64,000 bases of DNA. Origin: Cladosporium halotolerans (lineage: Eukaryota). The stretch spans positions 310,001 to 374,000 of the forward strand of contig NW_027191475.1 in NCBI RefSeq assembly GCF_011745625.1. Reading direction: 5' to 3'. Below, piece by piece: positions 47,554 to 58,177 of the stretch (positions are counted from its first letter, which is position 1; each line of letters opens with the position of its first letter). The position numbers and the translations under genes were made by a program. The notes under the pieces are model-generated. The model made no database searches. It was not told the DNA's origin and saw only the letters and a list, made by a program, of their open reading frames with translations.

Positions 47554-48948
47554 TCATCTCCTGGTCCACCTCCTCCAAGCCCAGAACATCGCCAAACCGC
47601 CCATGCCGACCCTCCCCACGAGCGTCAGCGCGACCGCTTTCCGCACGATGTCGTAGTACCTGGCGCGGTCAGCGACTTCCGGCAACATGATTTCCGCAAC
47701 GGGCGACACCAACCCCTCGAGCAGCGTCGACACGGCTGCCTTCTTGCTCTTGTTCTCTCCCAAACCCGTGCCGAGGCCGTGGAAGCCTGTCTCGTCCGGC
47801 CGCTCGACTGTGACGGGCACGGTGGACTCGGTTGCGGCGCCGAAGGAGCGGCGGCGGGCGTCGTCTCGCGGGCCGGGAGACGAGGATGAAGGAGGTGGGA
47901 GCGCGGTGCCAGCTTGGAGCTCGGCGCGCTTGCGGTGTTTGAAGCGGTAGGTTAGCAGCCAGATTGCGGCGCGGACGTCGATTGGGGTGAAAGTCGGGTA
48001 AGTCCACAGGGTGAGGGCGTTGTGGGGTGGGAGAAGGTCGAGGAAATCAGCGACGACGCCTAGAGTGAGGCCCCAAAGGAGTAGTGGATGTTCCAGGGCG
48101 GGAGGGTGAGTGTCGTTGAAGGGATCGAAGCGGATAATGCGGGTCAGGAAGCCTTCGAGGTAAGAGGATACTGTCGGGCGGGAATAGCGGTTGTCTTGGA
48201 GGAGAGGTGCTGCAGGAGTCTCGAAAGAGTGTACGGATTCGGTAGGGGCGAGGTGTATAGCAGCGAACATCATTTTACCGAGAACCAGGCTGAGCATCCA
48301 CTTCTTGACACCCGTTTCTTGATTTGCAAGCCGGCTGGAAACATCCTCGAAGACGACCGTTCGTTGTGCAGGCAGCAGCAGCGACCGCAGAGGTACCCAA
48401 TGTGTGGAAGCGACTTCGGTGGGCTGCAGTTTCAATGGTGGTGTATTGTGCTCGGTGAGGAGGAAGACGTAAGGGCACAGCACCATCAGAGGTTTCTTGC
48501 CCCAATGCGTAGTCACCAATCGTTGAGGCAGGTTCCCGCATTCTATCGCATAGCTCTTCAGATCCAGACCTACCTCTTCCCAGGTCTCACGCACTGCAGC
48601 GGCCTGGTCATCCTCGTCGGTAGGGTCACGTCGGCCGCCCGGGAATGCTACATGGGAGGTCCATCGGTCGCCTTTTCGAGAAGCCCGTTTGATGAAGAGG
48701 ACTTCTGGGTCGCCGTGCTTGACCCAGTCTTGAGCGCAGAATTCGGCGAGGCTGTCGGGACGAGGAGACGAGGGATCCGGCCAGTGTGAGAAGGAGGGAT
48801 TTATTCGGACTATGAGAGCTACAGAGGCGCGTTTCTGGGTGGTTTCGGAGGTCACGACCGGGTATGGCGAAGCTGTCAGGGTCGAAAGGACTTCTTGCAG
48901 GTGAGAGACGAGAGACGGGTTGTCCGGAGGGTTTGCGTTGGCGGTCAT
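47554..48948 (-). CDS. Nudix hydrolase (CoA-pyrophosphatase/PCD1-like) with C-terminal membrane anchor; probable intron 47660-47713
   Basis: KRASVALI, LFIKRA, HVAFPGGRRD..D..D..AAVRETWEEVGL (Nudix box), LWGLTLG. Confidence 0.88.
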   Translation of the reverse strand: MTANANPPDNPSLVSHLQEVLSTLTASPYPVVTSETTQKRASVALIVRINPSFSHWPDPSSPRPDSLAEFCAQDWVKHGDPEVLFIKRASRKGDRWTSHVAFPGGRRDPTDEDDQAAAVRETWEEVGLDLKSYAIECGNLPQRLVTTHWGKKPLMVLCPYVFLLTEHNTPPLKLQPTEVASTHWVPLRSLLLPAQRTVVFEDVSSRLANQETGVKKWMLSLVLGKMMFAAIHLAPTESVHSFETPAAPLLQDNRYSRPTVSSYLEGFLTRIIRFDPFNDTHPPALEHPLLLWGLTLGVVADFLDLLPPHNALTLWTYPTFTPIDVRAAIWLLTYRFKHRKRAELQAGTALPPPSSSSPGPRDDARRRSFGAATESTVPVTVERPDETGFHGLGTGLGENKSKKAAVSTLLEGLVSPVAEIMLPEVADRARYYDIVRKAVALTLVGRVGMGGLAMFWAWRRWTRR

Positions 48949-49420
48949 CGTTGGAGAGGAAAGAGCATGGCCTTGGAGAGGGGGATAGAGTGTGTAGCCT
49001 GGGCAGATGGAATGCGAAAGAGTCTATAAGCGTGTGTTCGGCCCGAAGTAAACACAGCACATGTGTGTATGCTGTATGCCGGTGCCGAAGCGATCAAAGA
49101 TAAGATGTAAGTGATGGATCGAGACAAGCCGAGGTGTCGCGTGCCTCAGGCGGCACCCGAGTCGCGACAGACGGGCATGACGGCTGCCGTGGCACGTTGT
49201 GAGACAGCCGCCGTGATTGGCCAATGGCGCAACGCTCCAGGCTTCGCGCCCGGCATCGAGCATCCAGCAACGGTGGGGCTGGGGAGCTCGTGCACCATCG
49301 CTACTGCATGCAGTGCGCCAACAACCCATGTTTGTCTTTTCCCGCTCTCACCAAGAAAAAAACCCAGTAAAATACTACATTCGCCTCTCTACCACCAGCT
49401 GCTGGTAGCAAGTCGCCGCA

Positions 49421-51915
49421 ATGCGTTTCGGCCGGACACTGGAGAAGTCCATCTACCCGCCATGGCGCGACAACTACATCAACTACGGCAAGCTTAAGAA
49501 GCTGCTGCGTGAAGACGACTCCGCCAACAGCTCGCCCGACCGACAGGCCTCCGACCGCTGGACCGAGGACGACGAGGGCGCCTTTGTCGACGAGCTTGTG
49601 AACAACCAGCTTGAGCAGGTCCACGCCTTCCACAAGGATACCTACGAGAAGTTGACCGACCGCACGGCCAAGTGCGAGGCGAGGCTCGATTCGATCGCCA
49701 TTCTCGACAAGGGCCCCTCTGAGGACAAGCAGCAGAATGGCGAGGGGAGCAATGGCAAGAAGCCTGTGCCCAGCGAGGAGGAGAGGAAGAACATCCTGAA
49801 AGAGGTGCTGGGCCAACTGGACGAGATCACCAAGGAAACCAACGAGCTCGAGAAGTACGCGCGCATCAACTACGCTGGCTTCCTCAAGGCTGCCAAGAAG
49901 CACGACCGCAAACGTGGCCACGCCTACCGCGTGCGTCCCTTGCTGCAGGTGCGATTGGCCGCCTTGCCCTTCAACAAGGAGGACTACAACCCGTTGCTGT
50001 ACCGCTTGAGTGCGATGTACAGCTTCGTGCGACAGCACCTGGAGGGTGTCGAACCGCATCGCGGCCCTAGTATGAGCGAGAACGGACCCGGCAAGGAAGA
50101 GTACACTTCGCACAAGTTTTGGGTGCACCCTGAGAACTTGCTCGAGGTCAAGACTGTCATCCTGCGCAGACTGCCAGTGCTCGTCTATAACCCTCAGACG
50201 TCTAAGATTGCGGAGGGCACTCAGCCGGATCCTTCGATCACCAGTATATACTTCGACAACCCTGCCTTCAACCTTTACTCGAACAAAGTTGACCACGGCG
50301 AGGCGTCAAGTCTGCGCATGAGGTGGTACGGCCAGCTGAACAGCAAGCCCGAGATCTTCGTCGAGAAGAAGACCGTCGGAGAGGATGACACCAGCCACGA
50401 GGACCGCTTCAAGACCAAAGAGAAGTATGTCCAGCGCTTCATCCAGGGCGAGTACAAGATGGAGAAGCAGATTCAGAAGCTTTCCAACCAGGCCGGCGCC
50501 GACAGCAACGAGGCCAAACAGTTCAAGGAAGCGGTCGATGAAATCCAGAGCTTCATCCAGACGAACGACTTGCAACCCGTGCTCAGGGCAAACTACACTC
50601 GCACCGCCTTCCAGGTTCCCGGCGACAGTCGCATCCGTATTTCTCTCGACACCGACCTTGCATTCATCCGCGAAGATGCTATCGACAGCGGCCGGCCTTG
50701 TCGTGACCCGGAATCTTGGCACCGAACCGACATCGACAACAACGAGCTGTCCTACCCCTTCTCTTCCATCCGCAAGGGTGAAGTCAGCCGTTTCCCCTTT
50801 GCTCTGTTAGAGATCAAGATTCGTTCTTCCGACCGCAAGCGTCTCGAGTGGGTTCAGGACCTCATGAACTCTCATCTTGTCAAGGACGCACCTCGCTTCA
50901 GCAAGTTCGTTCACGGTGTTGCAAACCTGTTCGAAGACTATGTCAACACCTTCCCCTTCTGGTTGTCCGAGATGGAGACCGACATTCGCCGCGACCCTCA
51001 GCAGGCGTTCGAAGAGGAGCAAGCGAAGAAACGCAAGGAGCGCGATGACGAGTTTGCTGTCGGCAGCTTGCTCAAATCTCGGCCCAGCCAATCTTTCGGC
51101 GGAGGCAATGCCATCGTCAGCCCTGTCGGTTCGCCTTCCGCCTCCACCATCAAGGCCAAGAGTCCTGATGAGCGTCGCAAGTCCACCCTTGCCATGGCAA
51201 CCTCCCACAGCTCATCGCAGGTTCCTACACAGAACAATGAAACCGTCGAGGAGGCCGACGAAGACGAGACTGGCATCCGCACATACGGCACCACCGACCA
51301 ACAGCAGCAGTCAGCTTCTTCGCGCCTCGTCGATCTTTTCCCCTCCTTCAGCACGTCCAAGTACGCCAACGCCCGCCGCTCTGCGAAGCTGCCACCCGGC
51401 GTGCAAGAACCGTCCCAATGGATCAAAGACCAAGGCCCCGTCAAAGTCGAGGCCAAGGTCTGGCTCGCCAACCAGCGCACCTTCATCAAGTGGCAACACG
51501 TCAGCGTCCTGCTCGGCTCTCTGGGTCTCGGTCTGTACAACGCCGCTGGCGTCGACAACAACATCGCCCGCTCCCTCGCTCTTGTCTACACTCTCGTTGC
51601 CGTCTTCACTGGTGCTTGGGGCTACGGCATCTATATGTGGCGCCAGAGCTTGATCTTCAAGCGAAGTGGACGCGATTTTGACGCGATCACTGGCCCTATC
51701 GTTGTTTGTGTCGGTTTGATCGTCGCTTTGTTGCTCAACTTTGCTTTCAAGGTTTGTTTCAATAATTCTCCTCGAGCTTCAAAACGCATACTAACGCAGA
51801 ATTTCAGTACCGCGCCGCAATGGAGCACAGAGAGCACGGTCACCACGGCCATCACGACTCATCTTTCAATCAAACTCAGATGCTTCCTCATGACGGGGAC
51901 CTCAAGGTGTTCTGA
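49421..51915 (+). CDS. VTC2: Vacuolar transporter chaperone subunit of Vtc2/Vtc3 type (SPX-VTC-DUF202), intron about 51752-51807
   Basis: SPX domain MRFG...YINY.KLKK and NYAGF.KAAKKHD; KFWVHPENLLEVK..ILRRLPVLVY (Vtc2/3-like rather than Vtc4-like); VEAKVWLANQRTF and three TMs; spliced end YRAA...LKVF*. Confidence 0.9.
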
Positions 51916-52953
51916 AGAAACGAAATTATCTGACACAACGTCTGCGTATGTTAAGAAAAGGACAAAAGAGACCCAAGTCGACACTGTATGCTTGCAAATG
52001 TATCTACTGTACATAGATTGCTACCTTCCATTCGCCCGCTTGAGCATTGGTGTTTTGGCGCATGAAGATGCTAGGTTAAATAGCATAACTGTGGATATTG
52101 TAAATGCCCTTGACGCATACCATCGCTTCGCATCGCTTCATTAAACACTCTGTTTCTCTCTAGTTTGGTCCCCTTTGGACATTGGGCCCTCTTGCATCCA
52201 GCTCCTCACAGCAAACACTAGCTCGCGGAGATCCACACCGCGCGAGAGGCATCTGCTCGTTCTAGACGGTAGTACACGGCCCACTGTATCACAATCCGAC
52301 GGGCATCTTATCACTGCCGCGTCATCTGTCAATATGCCAGTCTCGCCTCCTTGTGGTCCGAGCTAGATCGTGGGCTTTGGGCTGCCAGAGCGCGGCTTCT
52401 GTCGATAGTAGAAGAGATCTTCGAGAGATCTGGGATGGCGACAGGGAAGGTGCTGTTAAAGTTTTGTACGCCTGTCACGGTCGGTCTTGGTCGGTCGTGC
52501 GCGTGCATTGGACTAGACGTTGGTACATTGGGTTGACACAGGCTGGGTTCGGAGACGATTGGTGGCTTCTCGAGAGAAACGACGGCAGAGGCTTTCGCAC
52601 TGCTGGACTTGTCTGGCGATTCCAAATGTTGGAACATTATACTTCTGTCATGACTGCGCCGAGCCCCGGTGTCACATGGCAGACACGCAGCCTTCGATCC
52701 GCACATGCATCCCGCAGGCAAGGCAAGGTAAGGTAAGGTACCTGACTCTCCAGCGTGGGAGGGATGGAGGGACGTCGCGGCGTTGCAGCCCAAAGCCCCC
52801 CAAAAGCTTGCGGCCCGAGCTGCCGACTTCACCTCCCACCAGCCAGACAAAAGAGCCAGACTTTTCGGGAGATCTTAAGAACGACCATGTGCTTTGCTTG
52901 ATCGGGAATTGCAGCAGAACGGAAGAGATCATTTGTAGGATATCGCTTCCACG

Positions 52954-54243
52954 ATGGCGAACCCCAACGCCGGCCACTTTTTCCAGACGTCCGAGTCGCT
53001 GGTTTCTGGCCAGCGCAAGGCGGCCAAAGCGCAGAACAAGCTTGGTCGTCCGATCAAGTTGTCTTCCAAGTTGCTGGCCATCGTTCCGGATCCGTTCGAT
53101 GAGAGGGCCGTGTATGTTGCTGAGGCTGCTGGGGAGGTGAGGAGGATTGTTTTGGAGGTGAGTTTTGACGCTTCTTGGTTGTTCTCTCTTCGTGTCGGAT
53201 GGAATATTTTGTATCTTCTGGGAATTTCATACACCACAGCAATTTTACCGTTTCGTCAGGACAAAGTAAAAACTGCTAACCGGGTAACATCCCAGACCGG
53301 CGAACGCATCTCCGTCGACCGCGCCACCGCACCCCTAACCAGCCTCGCCTTCTCTCCCAACGGCCAACGCCTCTACTCCGGCTGCTGGGACAAGAACATC
53401 TACGCGACCGACTTCGAATCCGGCGCCACCACGCACCTCACCGCCCACACCGACTTCGTCAAATGCCTCCTCACCACAACCCTCGCCGGCAAACCCATCC
53501 TGCTCTCCGGCTCCGCAGACGCCACCATCATCGTCTGGGACCTCAGCACCAACAAACCCCTGCACAAACTCAAAGGACACGTCAAGGCCGTCCAGAACCT
53601 CGCCGTCGACCCCCTCAGCCTGCCCTCGGGCTCCTCCGCACCAGGCGAGAGCTTCGTCCTCTTCTCTTCCAGCTCCGACCGCGAAATCCGCCGCTGGCAC
53701 ATTTCCCTCTCCCGCGCGCACGAGCTGCCGGAGAGTCTGGAGCGCCCGCTCCGCCCGCACGAGACGACGATCTGGGCGCTGCGGTTCGATTCAGAGGGCG
53801 ATTTGTGGACGGCCAGCGCGGACAAGACGGCTAAGCACCTTGTTCGGTCTCGTGGGTGGGAGGCGGATACGGTGCTGAGGCATGCTGATTTCGTCGGCGA
53901 TGTTCTGCCTTGTGATGATTTGGGGCTGGTGGTTACGGCGTGTAGGGACGAGGAGGTGAGGGTGTGGGATGTGGCGAGCGGGGAGTGCGTTTGTGTTTAC
54001 GAGGGGCATTTTGAGGAGGTGACAGGGTTGGCGAGGGTGGGGAGGGGGACGGTGGCGAGTGTTAGTATTGATGGGACGGTGAGGAGGTGGGGGTTGGAGA
54101 AGGGGGAGATGAAGAGGTTTGCGGAGGAGAGGGCGAGGGAGGCGCAGGGGGAGAGTGCGGACGTTGGCGTGAAGAAGGGAGGGCCGCAGTTGACGGCTGA
54201 GGAGGAGGATGAGCTCGCGGAGCTGATGGATGACAGCGACTGA
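52954..54243 (+). CDS. WD40-repeat protein; probable intron 53158-53295
   Basis: Repeats SGCWDKNI, AHTDFVK..LLSGSADATIIVWD, GHVKAV, TASADKT, TACRDEEVRVWD, GHFEEV; acidic tail. Confidence 0.88.
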   Translation: MANPNAGHFFQTSESLVSGQRKAAKAQNKLGRPIKLSSKLLAIVPDPFDERAVYVAEAAGEVRRIVLEVSFDASWLFSLRVGWNILYLLGISYTTAILPFRQDKVKTANRVTSQTGERISVDRATAPLTSLAFSPNGQRLYSGCWDKNIYATDFESGATTHLTAHTDFVKCLLTTTLAGKPILLSGSADATIIVWDLSTNKPLHKLKGHVKAVQNLAVDPLSLPSGSSAPGESFVLFSSSSDREIRRWHISLSRAHELPESLERPLRPHETTIWALRFDSEGDLWTASADKTAKHLVRSRGWEADTVLRHADFVGDVLPCDDLGLVVTACRDEEVRVWDVASGECVCVYEGHFEEVTGLARVGRGTVASVSIDGTVRRWGLEKGEMKRFAEERAREAQGESADVGVKKGGPQLTAEEEDELAELMDDSD

Positions 54244-54311
54244 GAGTATAATTGCATTGATAGATGATTCAGAACCCCTAACCCCAGGCTACACATTGCG
54301 CAATTGCGCGC

Positions 54312-54902
54312 TCACTCCCGCCAGCAAACAACCGACACATCCCTAACCCTTCCGCTGTCCAGTCTCTCCCTAACAAGCTCCCAGCCCTCCAAACCAGCGA
54401 AATCGACCTTTTTCTCCCTCCCCAGCCCGAATATCCCCTTCCGCGGCGCAAATTCTACCTCCACCTCGACACGCCACGGTCCGTTCTCCTCCGCGACGCC
54501 CATGCCCCTCAACATCCCCGTCAAAATCCCCATGAACTCCACATATCCTGTCTTCGCGCCGATGGCGATGTTGCCGTCCCACTTGCTACCTTGGCTGGGT
54601 GCCTCATTGTGGGGAGAAGTAGAGCTGAGGACCTCGATGGTAAGAGGTACGGTCGAAGTGGTTATTTGCTCTGCTGCTTTCTTCTGTGGACTGGCCGCTG
54701 GTGGATCGTGCGCGTGAGAGCGAGCGCGGTGGGCTATCCAGTTGGGAATTAAGTGGATTAGGCTGCTGTCCATTTTGCGTTGCGTTGCGTTGTTCGTTTT
54801 GCTTGTTTGAGCTGAAGGAAGAAGCTTGTACTTATCTTTAAGATCTGGCATGGGGACCCAGGGGATCTGGGAACTGAGATCGCTTTTGTATATGAGATCC
54901 AT
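54312..54902 (-). CDS. Hypothetical protein with small alpha/beta C-terminal domain
   Basis: 196-aa ATG ORF whose C-terminal pattern is shared with the adjacent ORF 55160-55960. Start uncertain. Confidence 0.6.
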   Translation of the reverse strand: MDLIYKSDLSSQIPWVPMPDLKDKYKLLPSAQTSKTNNATQRKMDSSLIHLIPNWIAHRARSHAHDPPAASPQKKAAEQITTSTVPLTIEVLSSTSPHNEAPSQGSKWDGNIAIGAKTGYVEFMGILTGMLRGMGVAEENGPWRVEVEVEFAPRKGIFGLGREKKVDFAGLEGWELVRERLDSGRVRDVSVVCWRE

Positions 54903-55159
54903 AGTTTTGCTGAAGTTAATGCCGGAGGTGGTGTGGTGTCATGATCGATGGATAGCATGATGCTTGCAGTGGTGAATGATTGATCGATGGGTATTGAAGG
55001 ATGTCCGACTAGCGTGAAGAGTGAGAAGGGCATGACATTATCGTTCGTTATTGACTAGATCATCCAAAGAAACGAGAGCAACTGGCTCTTTCGCACTGAT
55101 CGCGGTTAATTGGTCGTTAATCAACTAGTAAAGGAAAAGGAGAAGTGATAACCCCGACA

Positions 55160-55960
55160 TCAAGCAAAAACAACAATCTTATCAACCAAACCCTCACAAA
55201 TTTCCGTTCTAACCCCTTCCCACCCCTCCTCGCCAACCCTCACCCCACTCCTCCTCCCCAAAACCTTCTCCCATTTAGTCTTACTCCTCAGCGCCCTGAC
55301 TTCTTTCACCCCGCCCTTCCCCTTCCCCTTTCCGCCCGTAACATCAGGCTTGATCCGTCTCAGACACCGCCGAAACTGCTCCCACTCCATGCCCTCATAG
55401 ACCGTCACGAAAGCTTTGAATTTCCGCGCCGTAGGACAGACGACTTTCGACCACCCGTCGTCTTCGAGGACGATCGTCTCGGTGTAGCGGAGGGTGACGG
55501 GGATGGAGACTGCGATTGCGCCGGATGGGATTGAAGGCGCGAGAGACGCGTAGGTTGGCGGATCGGGCGTGATGCGTTGGTCGCGGCGGCGTTTGTTGTA
55601 AGGCGGTGGTGGAGGGTACACGGGCGGGTCGTCTTGCTCTTGGCTTGCGAGTTGGGATTCGGTGTTTGGCTCTGTTAATTCGGGCGTGGTGGATGATGAT
55701 TCGGAGGACCAGTTTGAAGGGCTGCGGCGGGGTTGGTGGCGTTGCGAGCGGGATGTGCAGGTTGAGCAGAGGGATGCGAAGTGAGGGACTGGATTTGATG
55801 GGTGTGGTGGCGACATGGTTATTACTGGGGCGTTTGTTGCGTTCATTGAGTTGACGAGAGTATTTTTCACGTTGTGTAGTTGTGAGTTGAAGGGCGAGTC
55901 TGTGTTGCGACATCCCCGTTGCACATTGTTATCTGCGGCAATGCTGGGTTCCATGATCAA
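55160..55960 (-). CDS. Hypothetical protein: Pro-rich N-terminus with PY motifs (PPVY, PPPY, PPTY) and a small alpha/beta C-terminal domain
   Basis: 266-aa ORF; true start may be 55954 or 55816. C-terminal similarity to 54312-54902. Confidence 0.6.
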   Translation of the reverse strand: MIMEPSIAADNNVQRGCRNTDSPFNSQLHNVKNTLVNSMNATNAPVITMSPPHPSNPVPHFASLCSTCTSRSQRHQPRRSPSNWSSESSSTTPELTEPNTESQLASQEQDDPPVYPPPPPYNKRRRDQRITPDPPTYASLAPSIPSGAIAVSIPVTLRYTETIVLEDDGWSKVVCPTARKFKAFVTVYEGMEWEQFRRCLRRIKPDVTGGKGKGKGGVKEVRALRSKTKWEKVLGRRSGVRVGEEGWEGVRTEICEGLVDKIVVFA

Positions 55961-56369
55961 TCTAGATGCGCGTATTAACTACTCCTCCCGGAGGAGGCCG
56001 TCTCAGACAGGGGTTGATGTCCGCATATTTCCGCTGCAGCCCGCGGGTCGCCGACATGCGATCCTGCGTGAGGATTTCGCAGGAAGGCGTGACACTCGAA
56101 ACCACAGTGGTAAACTGCGAGTTATCGAGGTTAATCTTGCCCGAGATACGAGGCGTGGTCTGTAGAGCCGCGTGTAACACGAGTCGTGCAGCTGCACGTA
56201 CTTTGACTTTGTGGAGACCGGAAACACTATCAAGCCCTACTGCCACCAAGAAGCACTAACGCAGCATGTGATGTCTTAGGTGATTTGATCACACGGTCAC
56301 ATCCTTTCGCAACTCGGCCTATGCGCATACTGGCGCAGTAAGAACCTTGAAATTTGAGCGTCTAAACTC

Positions 56370-56825
56370 TCAGCCTGGGCCCAACCTCGACCTAACAGCA
56401 TTGCGCAACTGGCGCAAAGTATCCTCAGTCAACGGGGGTGTGATACCCTGTCGTGCTAGATCCTGGTAATTGGCCAGAACGAATCGCATGATATCAAGCG
56501 GTTTGAGGTTGCGCATGATGTGCAGCATGATTTCCGCGGGCATCCTGAAAAGTGGAAAGAGTGCGGGTATGCGCGTGTTGTTCGTGATGTAGTCGATGCG
56601 AATCCGCGATAACGCAGGCGCCAGACCGGTTGCATGTAGAAGAGGGTAGTTCGCAAATGCGAAGTTTATGAAGGCTTCTGGTGGAAGAAGGTCGACGATG
56701 TCTAGGATCAACTCAGGTGGGAGCGTGTAGAACGGATGCTGTGGTCTTCTGTGTAGTGCCATTTGGGTCGAGGGTGTGTTCTGAGTCGAACCGCCGGTTT
56801 GCGGGTCAGCGTCTGTCGGATCCAT
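56370..56825 (-). CDS. Small protein with two tandem F-box-like repeats
   Basis: FYTLPPELILDIVDLLPPEAFINFAFANY and LFRMPAEIMLHIMRNLKPLDIMRFVLANY; strong start context CCACCATGG. Confidence 0.75.
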   Translation of the reverse strand: MDPTDADPQTGGSTQNTPSTQMALHRRPQHPFYTLPPELILDIVDLLPPEAFINFAFANYPLLHATGLAPALSRIRIDYITNNTRIPALFPLFRMPAEIMLHIMRNLKPLDIMRFVLANYQDLARQGITPPLTEDTLRQLRNAVRSRLGPG

Positions 56826-56887
56826 GGTGGAGGTCGCCGCACGCGGAGTCTTGATGTAGCAAGCTATGAATAGCTAAGCAATTGCGC

Positions 56888-57640
56888 TCATTCTTTGTGA
56901 GGCTTATCTGAAGCAGCAGGCTGGATGAATTTCCAGACGTATCCCGAGACGAACCAGGCACAAACGGCGAGCACCACGATGTAAAGAGCGGTTGGGCCGA
57001 GAGATTTCGGAAAGATGTTGAAGACGTAAGGATCGAGGATGAGATCAACGTCCACGGGAGGCGGACTGAGCATCAAGTCCTTGTTGGTCGTGTAGAACTC
57101 CGCAGCAGCCCTTACACGAAGAAAGAGCACGCTTTCCTTGCTTGTATGCGGTGACGAGGTGGGCTCAGGACGTTTTCTCTCCGGCTTCTCGGCGTACGCC
57201 GCCAGCGTTTGGATCAGCTCTGGCGTGTCAAAGACTTCGTTGATGTTGTAAACGTCAATCCAAAAATTGGTGGGTTGCTGATCAGTGTTAGTACTGACAT
57301 CGAGTGATTGGATTGCCTGTGGAGCAAACGGAAAGACACTTACGCTTGCCGACCAGCATGCGCGCAATTCGTATCTCTGCTGTGGGTTGAGGTCTCTGAG
57401 TAAGTACCAGTGATCTTTTACGCCACCTGAAGCGGCCTCACCAGGTGCGGCCACGTCGAGGGATGTCCTCAGTGTGGATCTTTCCAGTGCGAGCGACTCT
57501 AACTGGAGCACGTCGAGACTGGGGTTGCTGTCTGTGAAAGTGACGGCATCGGGCGCAGTGAAGATTGCCTTCTCGGTGTTTGCAGACACTGAGGCTACCA
57601 GCAGGGCGAACAGAGTGGGCAGGCCGGCGGATAGCTTCAT
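56888..57640 (-). CDS. Pga1-like GPI mannosyltransferase II coactivator (type I ER membrane protein); intron 57278-57343
   Basis: Signal peptide then ANTEKAIF, WYLL.DL...QRYELRACWSA, PVDVDLILDPYVFNIFPKSL and a C-terminal TM. Family assignment is from recalled motif pattern. Confidence 0.7.
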   Translation of the reverse strand: MKLSAGLPTLFALLVASVSANTEKAIFTAPDAVTFTDSNPSLDVLQLESLALERSTLRTSLDVAAPGEAASGGVKDHWYLLRDLNPQQRYELRACWSASVSVFPFAPQAIQSLDVSTNTDQQPTNFWIDVYNINEVFDTPELIQTLAAYAEKPERKRPEPTSSPHTSKESVLFLRVRAAAEFYTTNKDLMLSPPPVDVDLILDPYVFNIFPKSLGPTALYIVVLAVCAWFVSGYVWKFIQPAASDKPHKE

Positions 57641-58177
57641 CGCGGTGGCGGTCGAGACAGGATACCGAGATGTCGGGATGGCAGTAAGGGTGGCTTCACA
57701 GCTCAGTAGGGCATCACGTGGGCAGGCAGTCAGGTGACGCGAGGCTTCATGCGCAGTGCTGCTTCGGGTCGTTGAATGCACACCACGGCGGACGTCCGGT
57801 CAGGTGTGTATAATAAGCCGGTGTTGTTCACTTCAGGGCGTGCCTCAGGTTGTCGACACTGTTGACGCCGGCCTCTCGTGGCCCGCCGGCCGGCAGACAC
57901 CTCAGGCGGCGGCCGGGCGCGCGATTCGCCCGCTTCGCACGCGCTAGCCCCACTACGCGCCAAGAGCGACTGGGATGCCCTGAAGCTAGCCCGACCGCAG
58001 TCCCGCCCGCACAACAAACGCTGCTTCCCAAAGTTCCCCACGGACCACCGCAGAGTAAACACCTCGCGCCTGCACACACCGCAGCATCCACCTCACCACC
58101 TCCCTCCTCCGCCACTCGAGTCCGCCGCGACCTCTCCTCCACCCAACAACCACATCACACCCACCACACCCGCAACC

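Noticed and set aside
52716..52741. (GCAAG)/(GTAAG) pentamer run resembling stacked splice donors; similar run at about 31364-31380
   Set aside because: Simple short repeat in intergenic or promoter sequence with no exon structure I could support.
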